Shown: positions 63,036 through 64,000 of the stretch, one piece after another
Numbering within the stretch: position 1 is the stretch's first letter
Layout of the letters: every line of letters starts with the position of its first letter
From: an uncultured SAR86 cluster bacterium
Lineage (GTDB): Bacteria; Pseudomonadota; Gammaproteobacteria; Magnimaribacterales; TMED112
Direction: 5' to 3'
Assembly (NCBI GenBank): GCA_902563885.1
Contig: CACEYZ010000001.1
Span: 40,013-104,012, forward strand
DNA: 64,000 nt
Notes under the pieces: generated by a model
The model's input: the letters and a program-made list of their open reading frames with translations, nothing else
What the model was told of the DNA's origin: nothing
The model's database searches: none
Made by a program: the position numbers and the translations under genes

Positions 63036-63632
63036 TTAAAAAGATGCTCCGACTGTAAAGAACAGTCCATCCTCATCCTCTAATCCTGATGCAGCCTCTG
63101 CACTAAAAGAACTATAGCCAACTGAGGCATCATAATCGCCAAGTGAGAAACCATAACCTAGTAAGAAATTACTTCCAGTATCCTCATAGTCACCATAGGA
63201 AACAGAAAAATCACCAAAACCGTATGAAACGTCATAGTAATCTCCAAACTCATCTCCGATGTAATAAGAGAAACCTAAACCTTCATATGAAAAGGCTAAA
63301 TAAACTTCTGAAAAGTCAGCATCGTCTACTTCCGGATAACCGTAATTTATGTAGCCGATATCGTAACCAAGGCCACCTTCACTCTCACCAGAATAGCCAA
63401 AGTATGTATCGAGCTCTAAACCTGCTCCACCGAACGAAACATTTGATCCCCAAGTGCCAGCATAAAAGCCGCTCTCAGAGCTATAATCAAAACCACCACT
63501 GTAGCCGGGAGAATCCATTGTTTGTGTCATCCCTCGCCAGATGTAGTTTGATGAAAAAGTAAAGTTTGAAGATACCTCTCCAAACACATAAGTAGTCAGA
63601 AATAAGACTATAGTCATTATTCCTTTTTTCAT
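63036..63632 (-). CDS. TorF / TIGR02001 (Gcw_chp) family putative outer-membrane beta-barrel
   Basis: Signal peptide, then SSNYIWRGMTQT...P..SGGFDY...GFYAGTWGSNV...ELD.YFGY typical of this uncharacterised family. Ends in an aromatic residue (F). The second ATG (63632) is preferred, because the AAGGAG Shine-Dalgarno abuts the first. Confidence 0.75.
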   Translation of the reverse strand: MKKGIMTIVLFLTTYVFGEVSSNFTFSSNYIWRGMTQTMDSPGYSGGFDYSSESGFYAGTWGSNVSFGGAGLELDTYFGYSGESEGGLGYDIGYINYGYPEVDDADFSEVYLAFSYEGLGFSYYIGDEFGDYYDVSYGFGDFSVSYGDYEDTGSNFLLGYGFSLGDYDASVGYSSFSAEAASGLEDEDGLFFTVGASF

Positions 63633-63700
63633 AAACATCTCCTTACAAAATATAAGTGTGTTAAGAATCTAAAGGGTCAAACCTTCATAGTGTATTGGTG

Positions 63701-63747
63701 CGCGTTCCTTCAGCTTTCACTTACTTCCGTCCCCTAAGGGATGAACG
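63701..63747 (-). promoter_or_regulatory. glutamine-I riboswitch aptamer (glnA RNA motif)
   Basis: The minus strand reads CGUUCAUCCCUUAGGGGACGGAAGUAAGUGAAAGCUGAAGGAACGCG. It shows P1 CGUUC/GAACG, hairpin UCCC-UUA-GGGA, and the conserved ACGGAAGUA and CUGAAGGAACGCG segments of the glnA motif. It lies 68 nt upstream of the porin start codon. Confidence 0.8.
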
Positions 63748-63770
63748 ATTAAGACGCTGCTCCTTTATTA

Positions 63771-63836
63771 CCATGGAGTATGGTTTAACTTTTAACCCAT
63801 GTTATATGGGCTCCTTTTAACCCATGGAGTATGGGG
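63771..63836. repeat. array of three near-identical CCAT-N5-ATGG hairpins/palindromes
   Basis: CCATGGAGTATGG (63771-63783), CCCATGTTATATGGG (63796-63810) and CCCATGGAGTATGGG (63821-63835). Centres are 26 and 25 bp apart. A flanking direct repeat TTTTAACCCATG occurs at 63790 and 63815. Confidence 0.6.
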
Positions 63837-63883
63837 ATGTAAACATCTTCTTTATAAACACAATTTATAAATTAACATTCTCA

Positions 63884-63912
63884 AATTTAATATCTTATAA
63901 AATATTTGTCAA
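63884..63912 (-). promoter_or_regulatory. candidate sigma-70 promoter for the riboswitch-porin-amtB transcript
   Basis: On the minus strand: TTGACA (63912-63907), 17 nt spacer, then TAAATT (63889-63884). Confidence is weak because the background is AT-rich. Confidence 0.3.
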
Positions 63913-63952
63913 TGCAAAATAATGAAATATCTAGTAGTATTAATACATAGGA

Positions 63953-64000
63953 ATGTTTTCAGAAGATTCACATAAAGATAGTTGTGGAACAGGTATATTA
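63953..64000 (+). CDS. gltB: glutamate synthase large subunit, first 16 codons only
   Basis: MFSEDSHKDSCGTGIL resembles the GltB N-terminus, with a short propeptide followed by the catalytic Cys in a D.CG.G motif. Preceded by a GGA Shine-Dalgarno. Only 48 nt are visible. Confidence 0.5.
   Translation, partial: MFSEDSHKDSCGTGIL

Noticed and set aside
63143-63562. 139-aa plus-strand ORF (His/Asn/Arg/Lys-rich) antisense to the TorF-like porin gene
   Set aside because: Its composition is the mirror image of the Gly/Tyr/Ser-rich barrel gene. It has no Shine-Dalgarno and no motif. It is a shadow ORF.
63773-63937. Two small plus-strand ORFs both starting MEYG (ATGGAGTATGG...), 15 and 32 codons, and minus-strand mini-ORFs ATG-GGT-TAA
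   Set aside because: The shared start is just the repeated hairpin sequence. No Shine-Dalgarno precedes either ATG, and the composition is noncoding-like.

Overview
This is a visibly AT-rich, extremely compact stretch of core chromosome. Its gene order matches classic gammaproteobacterial clusters, so I infer a streamlined marine gammaproteobacterium. That is an inference, since no database search was possible. Clusters recognised: yfgM-bamB-der; sdhCDAB-sucAB-lpdA-sucCD; ribF-ileS-lspA-ispH; dadA-ampD-ampG; groESL; rpsP-rimM-trmD-rplS; xerD-dsbC-prfB-lysS; mdh; nrdAB; serA; ung; ygfZ/sdhE; rpoE-rseA-degP-lepA-lepB-era-recO-acpS; adk; tsaB; uppP; rsmJ; rpmF-fabD-fabG-acpP-mltG-tmk-holB; and amtB. 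Most neighbouring genes abut or overlap (ATGA, TAATG, taGTG junctions), and several convergent gene pairs overlap at their 3' ends. I saw no mobile elements, CRISPR arrays, rRNA or tRNA genes.

The most interesting region is the right end (about 61.8-64.0 kb). A TorF/TIGR02001-type outer-membrane beta-barrel of unknown function is co-oriented with amtB, with no glnK. It is preceded by a very good match to the glutamine-I (glnA-motif) riboswitch. Upstream of that lies an unexplained array of three near-identical CCAT-N5-ATGG hairpins or palindromes, in the spacer shared with a divergent gltB start.

Other points worth a second look:
- a single-polypeptide RseA-like anti-sigma factor with an RseB-C-terminal-like domain
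- a sigma-E-type promoter abutting the rpoE ATG, implying a leaderless mRNA
- an AmpG-VanZ fusion next to ampD and dadA
- head-to-head overlap of the ygfZ and sdhE start codons
- a rimM with no canonical start codon
- a perfect inverted pair of DnaA boxes in the only long spacer in the centre of the window
- NrdR boxes plus DnaA-like boxes upstream of nrdA
- several conserved clusters that keep their order but lack expected members (plsX/fabH/fabF/pabC, rnc, pdxJ, recJ)

All protein calls rest on motif and family recognition by eye and on synteny, not on searches.
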